A DNA stretch of 64,000 nucleotides from an uncultured Bacilli bacterium (lineage in GTDB: Bacteria > Bacillota_I > Bacilli_A > RF39 > UBA660), in contig CANPXU010000003.1 of NCBI GenBank assembly GCA_947586825.1, forward strand, positions 10,394-74,393, read 5' to 3'. A model generated the notes under the pieces. It had not been told where the DNA came from. It made no database searches and was given only the letters and a program-made list of their open reading frames with translations. Shown here one piece after another: positions 8,615-18,236 of this stretch. Position 1 is the stretch's first letter; each line of letters starts with the position of its first letter. Made by a program: the position numbers and the translations under genes.

Positions 8615-11158
8615 TTAGGTTTCGTTTAAAGAATTATCTTCTGATTCTTCTTCAGGTGTTGCTTCTTCTTTATCTACTAAACTTATTGCTGCTACAGTTT
8701 GTTCATCTTTAAGATTAATCAATCTTATACCTTGAGTTACTCTTCCTAGTACTGATATTTGTTCTAGAGGCATTCTCATCGTCATTCCTGTGTTACTTAC
8801 AATAATTATGTCTTGGTTATCTTTTGCCACCTTAACGGCTACTAAATTACCATTCTTTTCAGTTATATTTAATGCCTTAACACCTTTGCTTCCACGTTTA
8901 GTTTGACGGTATTCTTCAACTTTAGTTTGTTTTCCATAACCCTTTTCAGTAACTAACAATATCGTACTATCTTCTTTAGCAATCTCACAGCAAATACATG
9001 TAGAATCTCCTAATGAAATACCCATTACGCCTGAAGCATTTCTGCCCATAACTCTAACTTCGTTTTCATTAAATCTTACCATTCTTCCACTGCTAGATCC
9101 TAATAGAATAATATCGTTTCCTGTAGTTTTATGAACACCGATAAGCTCATCATCTTCTCTAAGAGTTATACAAATCTTACCAGATGATCTTATATTATCG
9201 AACTCACTTACCATTGTTTTTTTTACAATACCCTTCTTAGTAGCAAATAGTAAGTATTTAGTCTTTTCTTCATTAGAATAAGACAATATTGAACTGACTA
9301 CTTCATCTTTCTCTAAAGGTAACAGATTAATTATAGGAAGCCCTTTAGAGGTTCTGCCAAATTCAGGTATTTCATAACCTTTAATACGATAAGTTTTACC
9401 CTTATTAGTAAAGAAACAAATATAATCATGCGTAGATACAGTAAGAATCTTCTCTACAAAGTCTTCTTCATTAGTTGTCATACCTTTAATTCCTACACCA
9501 CCACGATTTTGGGCTTTAAATGTATCTGATGTAATTCTCTTTATGTAACCATTCTTTGTTAAAGCTATCATTACATTTTCTTCAGGAATTAATGATTCAT
9601 CTTCAATATATTCAATCGCTGTCATATCAATGGTGGTTCTTCTTTCATCACCATATTTATCGGCAATTTCTTGCATTTCTTGTTTAATAATACCAAGAAT
9701 CTTTTCTTCACTAGATAATATTGAACGATATTCTTGAATAGCGGCCATAAGTTCAGCAAGCTCAGCTTCGATTTTATCTCTTTCTAAGCCTGTTAAACGA
9801 CGTAGCTTCATTTCAAGAATAGCTTCAGATTGAACATCATCTAAACCAAAACGTTTACTTAATTCTTCTTTAGCTTTAGTATCACTATCAGATGTTTTAA
9901 TAATCTTAATAACTTCATCAATGTTATCTAATGCAATCTTATAACCTTCAAGAATATGTACTCTCTTTTCAGCTTTATCAAGATCAAATTGCGTTCTTCT
10001 TATAATAACTTCTTTTTGATAATCTATATACTTAGCAATTATATCTTTTAATCCAAGTGTTCTAGGTACTAAGTGATCAATCATTAAGAAGATAATTCCA
10101 TAGTTTACTTGGAATTGAGTGTGTTTATATAATTGGTTTAATATTACTTGCGGATTAGCATCTTTTTTAAGTGTAATTGTAATTTTTACACCGTTCTTTA
10201 AGTCTGTATGATAATCAGCAATGCCTTCGATAGTTTTATTATGAACTAATTCCGCTACTTTATCTTTTAAAATATCTGTTTGAACGCCAAAAGGTATTTC
10301 ATCAACAATAATATAGCTACGTCCATTTTTCTCTTCAATATGAGCCTTACTACGTATTACGATAGATCCTCTTCCAGTTTCATAAGCTTGTTTAATACCA
10401 CTGTTGCCTAGAATAATACCTCCAGTTGGGAAATCAGGTCCCTTAATATATTGCATTAGACCTGCAGTATCTATATCAGGATTATCAATATAAGCAATGC
10501 AGCCATTTATTACTTCTCTTAAGTTATGAGGAGGAATATTAGTTGCCATACCTACTGCAATACCCATTGTTCCATTTACTAAAATGTTAGGGAATCTAGA
10601 AGGTAAAACTTCAGGTTCTTCTCTAGATTCATCATAGTTAGGCTTAAAATTAACGGTATTTTTGTTAATATCTCTTAGAAGCTCCATAGAGATCTTAGCA
10701 AGTCTTGCTTCGGTATAACGATAAGCAGCAGCTGGTGAACCATTAATGTTACCAAAGTTTCCGTGGCCATCTACTAAAGTATAACGATAGTTATAATCTT
10801 GAGCCATTCTAACCATAGCATCATAGATTGAAGAGTCACCATGTGGATGGTAACGTCCCATAACATCACCAACGATAGTCGCAGATTTACGATGTTGTTT
10901 ATCTGGGGTTAAATTGTTTTCGTTCATAGCAAATAGTATTCTTCTATGAACAGGTTTTAACCCATCTCTAAGGTCTGGTAAAGCTCTTGATACAATAACA
11001 CTCATTGAATAGTCTAAAAAAGATTTTTTTACTTCAGCAACGATGTTATTTTCTTGCAATCTATCTCTTTCTTCACCAACAGATATTTCACTTTCGTTAG
11101 TATCTTCTGTATCAATGACTTCCTCAGTAGTTATCTTTTCTTCATCATTTTGTTCCAT
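8615..11158 (-). CDS. gyrA: DNA gyrase subunit A
   Basis: 847 aa. Motifs DGLKPVHRR, HPHGD and AAYRYTEARL (active-site Tyr region), plus an acidic C-terminal tail. Confidence 0.97.
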   Translation of the reverse strand: MEQNDEEKITTEEVIDTEDTNESEISVGEERDRLQENNIVAEVKKSFLDYSMSVIVSRALPDLRDGLKPVHRRILFAMNENNLTPDKQHRKSATIVGDVMGRYHPHGDSSIYDAMVRMAQDYNYRYTLVDGHGNFGNINGSPAAAYRYTEARLAKISMELLRDINKNTVNFKPNYDESREEPEVLPSRFPNILVNGTMGIAVGMATNIPPHNLREVINGCIAYIDNPDIDTAGLMQYIKGPDFPTGGIILGNSGIKQAYETGRGSIVIRSKAHIEEKNGRSYIIVDEIPFGVQTDILKDKVAELVHNKTIEGIADYHTDLKNGVKITITLKKDANPQVILNQLYKHTQFQVNYGIIFLMIDHLVPRTLGLKDIIAKYIDYQKEVIIRRTQFDLDKAEKRVHILEGYKIALDNIDEVIKIIKTSDSDTKAKEELSKRFGLDDVQSEAILEMKLRRLTGLERDKIEAELAELMAAIQEYRSILSSEEKILGIIKQEMQEIADKYGDERRTTIDMTAIEYIEDESLIPEENVMIALTKNGYIKRITSDTFKAQNRGGVGIKGMTTNEEDFVEKILTVSTHDYICFFTNKGKTYRIKGYEIPEFGRTSKGLPIINLLPLEKDEVVSSILSYSNEEKTKYLLFATKKGIVKKTMVSEFDNIRSSGKICITLREDDELIGVHKTTGNDIILLGSSSGRMVRFNENEVRVMGRNASGVMGISLGDSTCICCEIAKEDSTILLVTEKGYGKQTKVEEYRQTKRGSKGVKALNITEKNGNLVAVKVAKDNQDIIIVSNTGMTMRMPLEQISVLGRVTQGIRLINLKDEQTVAAISLVDKEEATPEEESEDNSLNET

Positions 11159-11168
11159 ACCACACCTC

Positions 11169-13085
11169 CTATATATCTAGATTTTCAGTAAATTGGGCAT
11201 TTTCTTGAATAAATTTAGTACGTGGTTCTACAGCTTCACCCATTAATTGACTAAATATTTCATCAGCAGCCATTAAATCATCTACTGTTATCTTTCTAAG
11301 AATTCTCTTATTAATATCCATTGTTGTATCATTTAATTCTTCAGGATCCATTTCACCTAGACCTTTCATACGCATTACATCTGGTTTAATATTTGGAGGT
11401 AAAGAAGCTAAATATGCATCTTTCTCATCAACATCTAGTACGTATTTAATCGTTTTTCCATGCTTTATACAAAATAAAGGTGGTTGGGCGGCATATACAT
11501 GTCCTGTTTCTACAATCGGTCTAAAAAAGCGGTAAAAAAGCGTCAGAAGAAGTACTCTAATATGTTCACCATCGACATCGGCATCGGTCATGATAATGAT
11601 TTTGTCATATCTTAGTTTATCTAGATTAAATTCTTGGCCTATGCCAGTACCAAAAGCTGTTATGATTGTCCTTATTTCATCATTATCTAAAGCTCTATCA
11701 AGTCTAGCTTTTTCAACATTTAGGATTTTTCCTTTTAAAGGTAAAATTGCTTGGGTCATTGAGTCTCTACCTTTGATGGCAGAACCACCTGCTGAATCAC
11801 CCTCGACGATAAAGATTTCGCATTCACTAGGATCTTTTACCTTACAATCGACTAGTTTTCCACCAAAATCAATTACATCTAAGTCGGTTTTTCTTCTTGT
11901 AGTTTCTCTAGCCTTCTTGGCAGCAATTCTGGCTCTCGATGCCAAAAGCGTTTTATCAATAATAGTTCTTGCTTCTTGAGGATGTTCTAGTAAATATCTT
12001 TCTAGGCCTTCGCCAAAGACATCCGAAGCTATTTTTCTAACTTCAATATTACCAAGTTTAGTCTTGGTTTGTCCTTCGAATTGAGGATCTGGATGCTTAC
12101 AAGAAATAATCATTGTAAGACCTTCTCTTACGTCATCTCCCGTTAGACTATCATCATTTTCCTTAAGTATTTTAGCCTTTTTGGCATAGTTATTGATAAT
12201 TCTTGTTAAAGCTTGTTTTACACCATCTTCATGCATTCCACCTTCATAGGTATTGATATTGTTAGTAAAGGAATATATCGCTGAATTATAAGATTCATTG
12301 TATTGCATAGCGACTTCAATAGATATATCATCTTCTACACCATTTACGTAGATAATATCTTCATGAAGAGGTTTTTTATCTTTATTAAGCATTTCAACAT
12401 ATTCAATAATACCACCATTATAAAGGAATGTTTCGTGTTTATCCTCTACTCTTTCATCTATTAATTGAATACGAAGACCTTTATTTAAGAAAGCAAGTTC
12501 TTGTAATCTTTTCTTTAAAATATCATAATCAAAGATTGTTGTTTCCGTAAATATTTCTGGATCAGGCAAAAAAGTTACGGTTGTTCCCGTTCTGTCTTTG
12601 GCACATTCTTCAATTACTTTCATTGGAGCAACCGGAGTTCCACCATTTTCAAATCTTTGATAATGGACTTCACCTTCACGATAAACTCTTACTTCAAGCC
12701 ATTTAGATAAGGCATTAACAACGGAAGCACCAACACCATGAAGACCACCAGAAACCTTGTAGCCTCCACCACCAAATTTTCCACCGGCATGAAGTACTGT
12801 AAAGATTGTTTCAATGGTTGAAAGCCCTGTTTTGGCGTTTATTCCTGTAGGCATTCCCCGTCCATCATCTTTAACAGATACGGAATTATCTTTATGAATC
12901 TCTACTTCAATGTCATCACAATATCCCGCTAAAGCTTCATCTACGGCATTATCAACAATTTCCCACACTAAATGGTGAAGACCTTTGCTACTAGTAGTAC
13001 CAATGTACATACCAGGTCTTTTACGAACTGCTTCTAGCCCTTCTAATACTTGAATATCACTATCTGAATAATGTTCTTCATTCAT
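11169..13085 (-). CDS. gyrB: DNA gyrase subunit B
   Basis: 638 aa. GHKL ATPase N-terminus, Toprim EGDSAGG and [10 protein letters not shown]. Confidence 0.97.
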   Translation of the reverse strand: MNEEHYSDSDIQVLEGLEAVRKRPGMYIGTTSSKGLHHLVWEIVDNAVDEALAGYCDDIEVEIHKDNSVSVKDDGRGMPTGINAKTGLSTIETIFTVLHAGGKFGGGGYKVSGGLHGVGASVVNALSKWLEVRVYREGEVHYQRFENGGTPVAPMKVIEECAKDRTGTTVTFLPDPEIFTETTIFDYDILKKRLQELAFLNKGLRIQLIDERVEDKHETFLYNGGIIEYVEMLNKDKKPLHEDIIYVNGVEDDISIEVAMQYNESYNSAIYSFTNNINTYEGGMHEDGVKQALTRIINNYAKKAKILKENDDSLTGDDVREGLTMIISCKHPDPQFEGQTKTKLGNIEVRKIASDVFGEGLERYLLEHPQEARTIIDKTLLASRARIAAKKARETTRRKTDLDVIDFGGKLVDCKVKDPSECEIFIVEGDSAGGSAIKGRDSMTQAILPLKGKILNVEKARLDRALDNDEIRTIITAFGTGIGQEFNLDKLRYDKIIIMTDADVDGEHIRVLLLTLFYRFFRPIVETGHVYAAQPPLFCIKHGKTIKYVLDVDEKDAYLASLPPNIKPDVMRMKGLGEMDPEELNDTTMDINKRILRKITVDDLMAADEIFSQLMGEAVEPRTKFIQENAQFTENLDI

Positions 13086-14178
13086 TGTTATTCACCCTCT
13101 CTACTTTGTCATTCTTAACTAGATAAATACTGCTATTTTCAAGTAAACTTTTATCTATATTATCTATATCAGTACTTGTAATAAATGTTTGAACTTCTTT
13201 ATTAAGCATCTTAATAATATTGTTTATTTTCGCATTGTCTAACTCCGAAAATAAATCATCTAATATTAATATTGGGTACTCATCTTTAAGTTCCTTTATA
13301 ATAATAAGTTCTGCTAGTTTAAATGATATAATGGCATTTTTTTGTTGCCCTACACTACCATAATCTCTTATCGGATTTCCATCCAAGATAAACTCGATAT
13401 CATCATGATGAATACCCGACAATGTTTTACCCATTTCTCTTTCTTTATAGTATCTTTTTTGATAACTTTCAAATATCTCTTTTTCAGTTTTATCATTAAA
13501 TGAGCTATGGTATATTACCTGTAAATTCCCATATTCAAAGATATTTTCATATATTTTTGCTATATTCTCATTAATCTTATCAATGTAAGTTTTACGGTAT
13601 TCATTTATTTTTTTACCTATACTAACTAGCTTACTGGTTAAGACATCTAGATAATCTTTAGATGCATTCCCATTTAAATATAGCTGTTTAAGATAAGCAT
13701 TACGATTTCTTAATACCTTTTCATAAGAATTAAGTAATAATAGATACTCTTTATTTCCTTGAGAAATATCGATATTAATAAGTTTTCGGCGAAAAGATGG
13801 GGAATCATTAATTATCTTTGTATCTAAGGGATTAAATAAAACTATATTGATATTAGATACATAATCACTAATTTTTCCTACTTTATCAGAATTTATATAT
13901 ACTTTCTTTCCTTCTTCAGAAAGATCTATCTGATATCTTGTCTTTTCGTTTGAGATTATCTCCCCTTTTATTTCTGCTAAAGAAGCACCTTTTTTTATTA
14001 AATTAATATCACTGCCTGTTCTAAAAGATTTAGTTAAAGCCAGTAAATATATGGCTTCGATCACATTGGATTTACCACTGCCATTACTGCCATAAATAAT
14101 GTTTAATGTACTTGAAAAAGAAACGTCTAATGATTCATAATTTCTAAAGTTGGTAAGTTTTAATTTTTCAATATACAT
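13078..14178 (-). CDS. recF: DNA replication and repair protein RecF
   Basis: Walker [10 protein letters not shown], 366 aa. Overlaps the gyrB start. Confidence 0.93.
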   Translation of the reverse strand: MYIEKLKLTNFRNYESLDVSFSSTLNIIYGSNGSGKSNVIEAIYLLALTKSFRTGSDINLIKKGASLAEIKGEIISNEKTRYQIDLSEEGKKVYINSDKVGKISDYVSNINIVLFNPLDTKIINDSPSFRRKLINIDISQGNKEYLLLLNSYEKVLRNRNAYLKQLYLNGNASKDYLDVLTSKLVSIGKKINEYRKTYIDKINENIAKIYENIFEYGNLQVIYHSSFNDKTEKEIFESYQKRYYKEREMGKTLSGIHHDDIEFILDGNPIRDYGSVGQQKNAIISFKLAELIIIKELKDEYPILILDDLFSELDNAKINNIIKMLNKEVQTFITSTDIDNIDKSLLENSSIYLVKNDKVERVNNNE

Positions 14179-14280
14179 CTCTAAACCTCTTTTTTGGCCT
14201 CAATTTTTAATATTTAATATTTTGTGTACTCCTCTACACCTATTAATTATATCATATTTAAGAAGCAAAAAAAAGCAAAA

Positions 14281-14730
14281 TCAGCATTTTTTGCCCTTCA
14301 TAATGGTCATTAATCGCGTTGCTTTAAAAAGTTGATTAGAAAAGTGATTCGCAGATAAATCAGTACTTATTTTCTTACCATTATTTAAGATAATTGTTAG
14401 ATTTTTGTTATCATTTACAAAGTAGTCTACTATTCCATTATAAGCAAACCACATACAATCGGCTTTTTTTCCTGAAGATGTTGGAAAAATGAGGATATCT
14501 TTTACTTCACTAATAATAATTGGACATTTATAGCTATCACCAAGCAAATATCTAGCACTTTGGCATCTTCCTTTATAAGAACTTCCGTAAAATTTACAAC
14601 TTTCATCAACAATAGTTAAAGGATTACCTTTAACTAGATAGTTAACATACTTTTCTATAACTTTGGTCTTCTTATCCCCTGCAGGTAATAAAGCTAAAGT
14701 TGAATTATTAATAATATAATTATCTAACAT
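14281..14730 (-). CDS. comK: ComK-family competence transcription factor
   Basis: 149 aa. PLTIVDESCKFYGSSYKGR, KCPIIIS...ILIFPTSS....DCMWF and NNGKKIS...FSNQL parallel my recollection of B. subtilis ComK (PLQIVDRSCRFFGSSYAGR, KPPIMV..IFLFPTLS..QCGWI, SNGKTMEL..FENQV). Confidence 0.8.
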   Translation of the reverse strand: MLDNYIINNSTLALLPAGDKKTKVIEKYVNYLVKGNPLTIVDESCKFYGSSYKGRCQSARYLLGDSYKCPIIISEVKDILIFPTSSGKKADCMWFAYNGIVDYFVNDNKNLTIILNNGKKISTDLSANHFSNQLFKATRLMTIMKGKKC

Positions 14731-14736
14731 AAAAAA

Positions 14737-14777
14737 ATCCCCCGATACCTTGGTTATAACACAGAATCATGGGGATA
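14737..14777 (-). terminator. Hairpin plus U7 between the dnaN stop and the comK start; the 3' arm contains the comK Shine-Dalgarno
   Basis: The minus strand reads AUAUCCCCAUGAU...(19 nt)...AUCGGGGGAUUUUUUU followed directly by AUG. AUCCCC pairs with GGGGAU, with an extra GAU/AUC. Confidence 0.45.
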
Positions 14778-14797
14778 TTTTGTCGAATTATAGAATA

Positions 14798-15913
14798 TTA
14801 ATATGTTTTTATAGGAAGTATTAACTCTACTATTGTATCATCATCTACGGCATTTATAATAATTGGTTTATCATCGCCATTGATAAGTAAGATAATATTA
14901 TCTGTATCTAATACCTTTAGGGCCTCTAACATATATTTAGAACTGAAGGAAATATCTAACTTTTCTTTATTATTACTATCGATTTTTAACTCTTCTTTAG
15001 TCTTTCCACTTTCTTGAGAAGTTCCTAAAATAGTCATTTTCTTATCATCAATACACATTTTAACAATGTTCTTATCTTTACTAATCGTTATTATTGAAGC
15101 TCTATCTATTGCATCATAATATTCCTTTAAATTAAGATTAATCATATACTTAAATTCTTTTGGAATATAATTATTAGTATCAGGATAATCACCATTTAAT
15201 AAAGTTGTTTGGAACATTATATTCTTATAAATAAATAATATTTTGTTGTTAAATAGATGGATTTCAACATTATCTTCATCTCTTAAAATAGACTCTAATT
15301 CGTTAACACTTTTACCAGGAATAACGATATTTATAGCATCTTCTACTGGATCTTTTAACTTAATTGATTTCTTAGCTAAACGATATGAGTCAGTAGCTAT
15401 ACATTCTAACAAATCTCCAACAATTTTGATATTCAAACCAGTTAAAAGAGGTCTTACTTCTTGAGTAGACATAGCATATGCTGTTTGATTTATGATTTCT
15501 TTTAATAGATTAGCTTCCAAATTAATGATATTTTTACTCTTTTCGATTGTTACATTTGGATAATCAGATAAGTTATAACAATTTAATACAAATTCATTAG
15601 TGTCAGAATATATCTTAATATTATTGCCTATTTCTTCAAAATTGATTACATCTGAAGGCATCTTTCTTATAATATCTAAGATATATCTACTTTGAATTAT
15701 TAACTTTCCTTCTTCTTCAATATTCTTTATTTCTTTTTTATCTATAGTTACTTTAATAGTAAGTTCACTATCTGATGCTAAAAGTTCCAAACCATTTTTA
15801 GTAACTTCCATAACTATACCATTTAATACAGGAATAGTTATCTTTTGGGATAATGCTTTAGTAACATTCATTAATGCTTCTAGTAATATGTTTTTATCGA
15901 TTGTAAATTTCAT
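14798..15913 (-). CDS. dnaN: DNA polymerase III beta sliding clamp
   Basis: 371 aa, immediately downstream of dnaA. The N-terminus MKFTIDKNILLEAL is typical. Confidence 0.95.
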   Translation of the reverse strand: MKFTIDKNILLEALMNVTKALSQKITIPVLNGIVMEVTKNGLELLASDSELTIKVTIDKKEIKNIEEEGKLIIQSRYILDIIRKMPSDVINFEEIGNNIKIYSDTNEFVLNCYNLSDYPNVTIEKSKNIINLEANLLKEIINQTAYAMSTQEVRPLLTGLNIKIVGDLLECIATDSYRLAKKSIKLKDPVEDAINIVIPGKSVNELESILRDEDNVEIHLFNNKILFIYKNIMFQTTLLNGDYPDTNNYIPKEFKYMINLNLKEYYDAIDRASIITISKDKNIVKMCIDDKKMTILGTSQESGKTKEELKIDSNNKEKLDISFSSKYMLEALKVLDTDNIILLINGDDKPIIINAVDDDTIVELILPIKTY

Positions 15914-16032
15914 TTTTATTTCCTTCTTTCTAATTATTTTTAATTATTATTATCTTTATAGTGTTAATTGTTGTGGAATTCTTGTTATATCCCCTATTTA
16001 TCTTAATATTTGTTAATAATTAATCAACAAAG
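15914..16032. other. dnaA-dnaN spacer; candidate second half of a bipartite oriC (AT-rich unwinding region)
   Basis: 119 bp, extremely AT-rich (TAATTATTTTTAATTATTATTATC). It has one DnaA-box-like TGTGGAATT and a short CCCC cluster. This is by analogy to the B. subtilis incC/DUE position. Confidence 0.4.
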
Positions 16033-17403
16033 TTATAACTTATTTTTTATCTCTTTGATGGTATTATTCATTTTTTCATCAGTTTTAAGCTCGTTTGATA
16101 TCTTTTCTATTGATGCTGAGATTGTTGAATGATCCCTCCCCCCAAATTCTAAACCTATTCTTGCAAGACCTTCATCAGTTTCTACTCTACTTAAGTATAT
16201 AGCAATATGTCTTGGCTTGGCTATATTACTGGTCTTTTTCTTACTTTTTAAATCATTAACTGTTATATTAAAGTAATCCGCTACGGCTTTTTGAATTTTA
16301 CTTATTGAACTTTCAGAATAAACATTAGTACTTAAGTAATCTTTTAAGGCCTCTACTGCAAAGTTTAAATCTATTTTGGCAGGTACCATCATCGCCGTAT
16401 AAGCAAGAAGTCTATTGATAGAACCTTCGATATGTCTAACATCACTTTGACAAGAATTAGCAATATATTCAATAACATCTTGACTAAGTTTATCCTCTAA
16501 AGGAGTATTTTTAATCTTACTATTGATAATTTTACAGCGTAAGTTGAAATCTGGTGGATAAATATCTACAGGAAGACCCATCATAAATCTACTTCTAAGC
16601 CTATCTTCTAGTTTCTTTAAATCATCTGGTGATCTATCGCTACTTATAACTATTTGTTTATTAGCATTAAATAATGCATTAAAAGTATTGAAGAATTCTT
16701 GTTGAGATTTATCTGCTACTACTAAAAACTGAATATCATCAATTAACAAAACATCAACATTTTTATATTTATCTTTAAAAGATTTAGCATAGTTTATACT
16801 ATCGGCACCCTTATTAACAGCAGCAATACCTGTATAATCCATAATATATTCATCACTTGTTACATATAATACTTTAAGGTCACTATTATCATGAATATAA
16901 TTACCTATGGCATGCATTAAATGGGTTTTTCCTATACCACTTTTACCATATAAGAATAAAGGATTATGTACTTGACCTGGATGTTCCGCTACTGTATGAG
17001 CAGATACTACTGCTAGTTTGTTGGAATCCCCTACCACGAAATTATCAAAAGTAAAGCGTGGTATTAAATTAGTTTCCCAATCATCTTCAATATCAAGATC
17101 ATTATTTTTAGTCTTTTTATTAGTATCTTTATTACTACTTTCATTAATCTTACTTATTTCTTCTTCTGTAAGATATATCATTTCAAAGTGTTTATTAGTT
17201 ATAGAAAATAAAGTTGAATCTATAAGATCTTTATAAGTCTTTGATAACATTTGTTTATGAATTATCATTGGAACTTGTATTGTAAATTTATCATCATCCA
17301 AAGATATAGCTTTAAGCGGAGAATACCATAAATTATAGACATTTTCACTGACGCTTTTTTCTATTTCTGATAAAAATAATTTAAAAATTTCCTCCATTTT
17401 CAT
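16033..17403 (-). CDS. dnaA: Chromosomal replication initiator DnaA
   Basis: Walker A GKSGIGKTHL and a C-terminal DNA-binding domain (IAKPRHIAIYL, GGRDHSTI). The start is probably the ATG at 17403 (MKMEEIF). The ORF track extends to 17418. Confidence 0.95.
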   Translation of the reverse strand: MKMEEIFKLFLSEIEKSVSENVYNLWYSPLKAISLDDDKFTIQVPMIIHKQMLSKTYKDLIDSTLFSITNKHFEMIYLTEEEISKINESSNKDTNKKTKNNDLDIEDDWETNLIPRFTFDNFVVGDSNKLAVVSAHTVAEHPGQVHNPLFLYGKSGIGKTHLMHAIGNYIHDNSDLKVLYVTSDEYIMDYTGIAAVNKGADSINYAKSFKDKYKNVDVLLIDDIQFLVVADKSQQEFFNTFNALFNANKQIVISSDRSPDDLKKLEDRLRSRFMMGLPVDIYPPDFNLRCKIINSKIKNTPLEDKLSQDVIEYIANSCQSDVRHIEGSINRLLAYTAMMVPAKIDLNFAVEALKDYLSTNVYSESSISKIQKAVADYFNITVNDLKSKKKTSNIAKPRHIAIYLSRVETDEGLARIGLEFGGRDHSTISASIEKISNELKTDEKMNNTIKEIKNKL

Positions 17404-17422
17404 ACCTATACCCCACATATCA

Positions 17423-17628
17423 TTATCAACAATTTCATTGTAACTTATTTTTGTTTAAAGATAAAGTAAAAAAAATTGTCCACGGAGGTATCAACAACAT
17501 TATCAACACTTTTTTTCTTTTGCAATCTAGGATAGCACAAGTTTTCCACATTTTCAACAAAATGATGTTGGGGAAAAAATTTATCTTTCAACATTAGCCA
17601 TTTGGGGATGTTGTTGGTTTGTGGAAAA
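17423..17628. other. oriC DnaA-box cluster
   Basis: DnaA-box-like 9-mers (consensus TTATCCACA): TTATCAACA at 17423 and 17500, TTGTCCACG at 17476, GTATCAACA at 17488, TTTTCCACA at 17542 abutting TTTTCAACA at 17551, and inverted TGTGGAAAA at 17620. They lie between divergent dnaA and rpmH. Confidence 0.8.
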
Positions 17629-17687
17629 GTTATGTTATAAATTATTTGATTAGTTGTAAAACAAACAACCATGAAAACTTATTTAGC

Positions 17688-17717
17688 TTGACATAATAAG
17701 ATATTAAATATTATAAT
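17688..17717 (+). promoter_or_regulatory. rpmH promoter (TTGACA-18 nt-TATAAT)
   Basis: Consensus -35 at 17688-17693 and -10 at 17712-17717, about 27 nt upstream of the rpmH ATG. Confidence 0.6.
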
Positions 17718-17743
17718 AACAATGCTGAAAAAGGAGTGATTTT

Positions 17744-17866
17744 ATGAAGAGAACTTATCAACCTAATAAAAGAAAGATGAAGAAAACTCATGGCTTTTTC
17801 TCTAGAAAAGATGGAAAAGTATTATCTTCACGCAGAAGAAAGGGAAGAAAAGTATTATCAAAATAA
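17744..17866 (+). CDS. rpmH: 50S ribosomal protein L34
   Basis: Below the ORF-track size cutoff. Translation is [40 protein letters not shown]. An AAGGAG RBS lies upstream. Confidence 0.93.
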   Translation: MKRTYQPNKRKMKKTHGFFSRKDGKVLSSRRRKGRKVLSK

Positions 17867-17890
17867 AACCACTTTATAGTGGTTTTTTTT
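17866..17890 (+). terminator. Intrinsic terminator between rpmH and rnpA
   Basis: AAACCACT-TTAT-AGTGGTTT, a perfect 8-bp stem followed by a T-run. Confidence 0.7.
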
Positions 17891-17903
17891 ACAGGAGCTA
17901 GTG

Positions 17904-18236
17904 ATGAAAAAGACAGAAAGGGTTAAATCAAACATATTGTTTAATGAGATTATTCAAGATGGCACAAAAGTAGCAAATGAGTTTTTTACCATCTTTTTTA
18001 AGAATAAAGAAGAAGTTGATAATTTATATGGAATCGCAGCTCCGAAAAGAGTAGGGAACGCCGTAATTAGAAATAAGTTAAAAAGACAAACAAGAGAACT
18101 TATTGATGCGGAAAAGAAGTTGTTTAAAAATAATAGGAATTATATTATAATAATTAAAGAAGTTTGCTTAAGAAGTAGTTATGTAGAGAAAAAACAAGCT
18201 TTAGAAAAATTAATAGGAGAATGCAATGAAAAATAA
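17904..18236 (+). CDS. rnpA: RNase P protein component
   Basis: About 110 aa, basic, follows rpmH. AGGAG lies 6 nt upstream of the ATG at 17904. Confidence 0.88.
   Translation: MKKTERVKSNILFNEIIQDGTKVANEFFTIFFKNKEEVDNLYGIAAPKRVGNAVIRNKLKRQTRELIDAEKKLFKNNRNYIIIIKEVCLRSSYVEKKQALEKLIGECNEK

Noticed and set aside
11590-11979. 129-aa plus-strand ORF inside gyrB, and similar antisense ORFs at 893-1132, 6943-7152, 14150-14335, 15243-15464, 17018-17236, 26390-26653, 30894-31232, 34042-34269, 34684-34902, 55717-55941, 57680-57889 and 62352-62558. Same-strand alternate-frame ORFs nested in larger genes occur at 25644-25856 and 60528-60713.
   Set aside because: All lie antisense to, or nested out of frame within, well-supported conserved genes. 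None has an independent signal. They are treated as shadow ORFs.
14781-14787. Spo0A-box-like TGTCGAA here and at 39640-39646
   Set aside because: A 7-mer is expected several times by chance in 64 kb on two strands. There is no clustering or promoter context.
17445-17672. 75-aa minus-strand ORF between dnaA and rpmH
   Set aside because: It lies entirely within the DnaA-box cluster (oriC). It has no RBS and its composition is driven by the boxes.
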